Assembly (NCBI RefSeq): GCF_006345805.1
Contig: NC_043005.1
Span: forward strand, 19,530,001-19,594,000
DNA: 64,000 nt
Reading direction: 5' to 3'
From: Octopus sinensis
Taxonomy: Eukaryota
Part shown: piece by piece, positions 63,924 through 64,000 of the stretch
Numbering within the stretch: the first letter of the stretch is position 1
How the letters are laid out: the number at the start of each line of letters is the position of its first letter
The notes under the pieces: generated by a model
Database searches by the model: none
What the model saw: the letters and a program-made list of their open reading frames with translations, nothing else
What the model was told of the DNA's origin: nothing
Made by a program: the position numbers and the translations under genes

Positions 63924-64000
63924 ATATAAAGAACAATCTTACTTAGAAATGGATGCGTGCGTTCCGTCATATATAAAATAATAAGTAAAACATATGCATA

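Overview
AT-rich, microsatellite-dense animal genomic DNA. The tRNA-derived SINE families and (TA)/(CATA) arrays look like an octopus (coleoid cephalopod) genome; this is recognition from memory, not a database match. Most of the window is repeat-derived: four SINE families, a (TAA)n nest of four R4/Dong-type REL retrotransposons (17.35-23.7 kb, one near-intact), a decayed REL element (~9-10.4 kb), two tandem Tx1/L1-like derivatives without RT (25.7-29.3 kb), and CR1, Penelope-like, Helitron, Tc1/mariner and Merlin relics with MITEs. One convincing host-type ORF is present: 39875-41668 (-), 597 aa, with two atypical C2H2 fingers and a tyrosine-recombinase core-binding-like C-terminus, framed by splice signals. 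The best leads are (1) Tx1-like derivatives whose 3' ends both abut the same 14-bp motif from a SINE tRNA-like head, suggesting SINE-targeted integration, and (2) the zinc-finger/recombinase-like gene. Most ORFs in the supplied track are microsatellite artefacts. Repeat boundaries were read by eye and are approximate unless a TSD or TIR is quoted.
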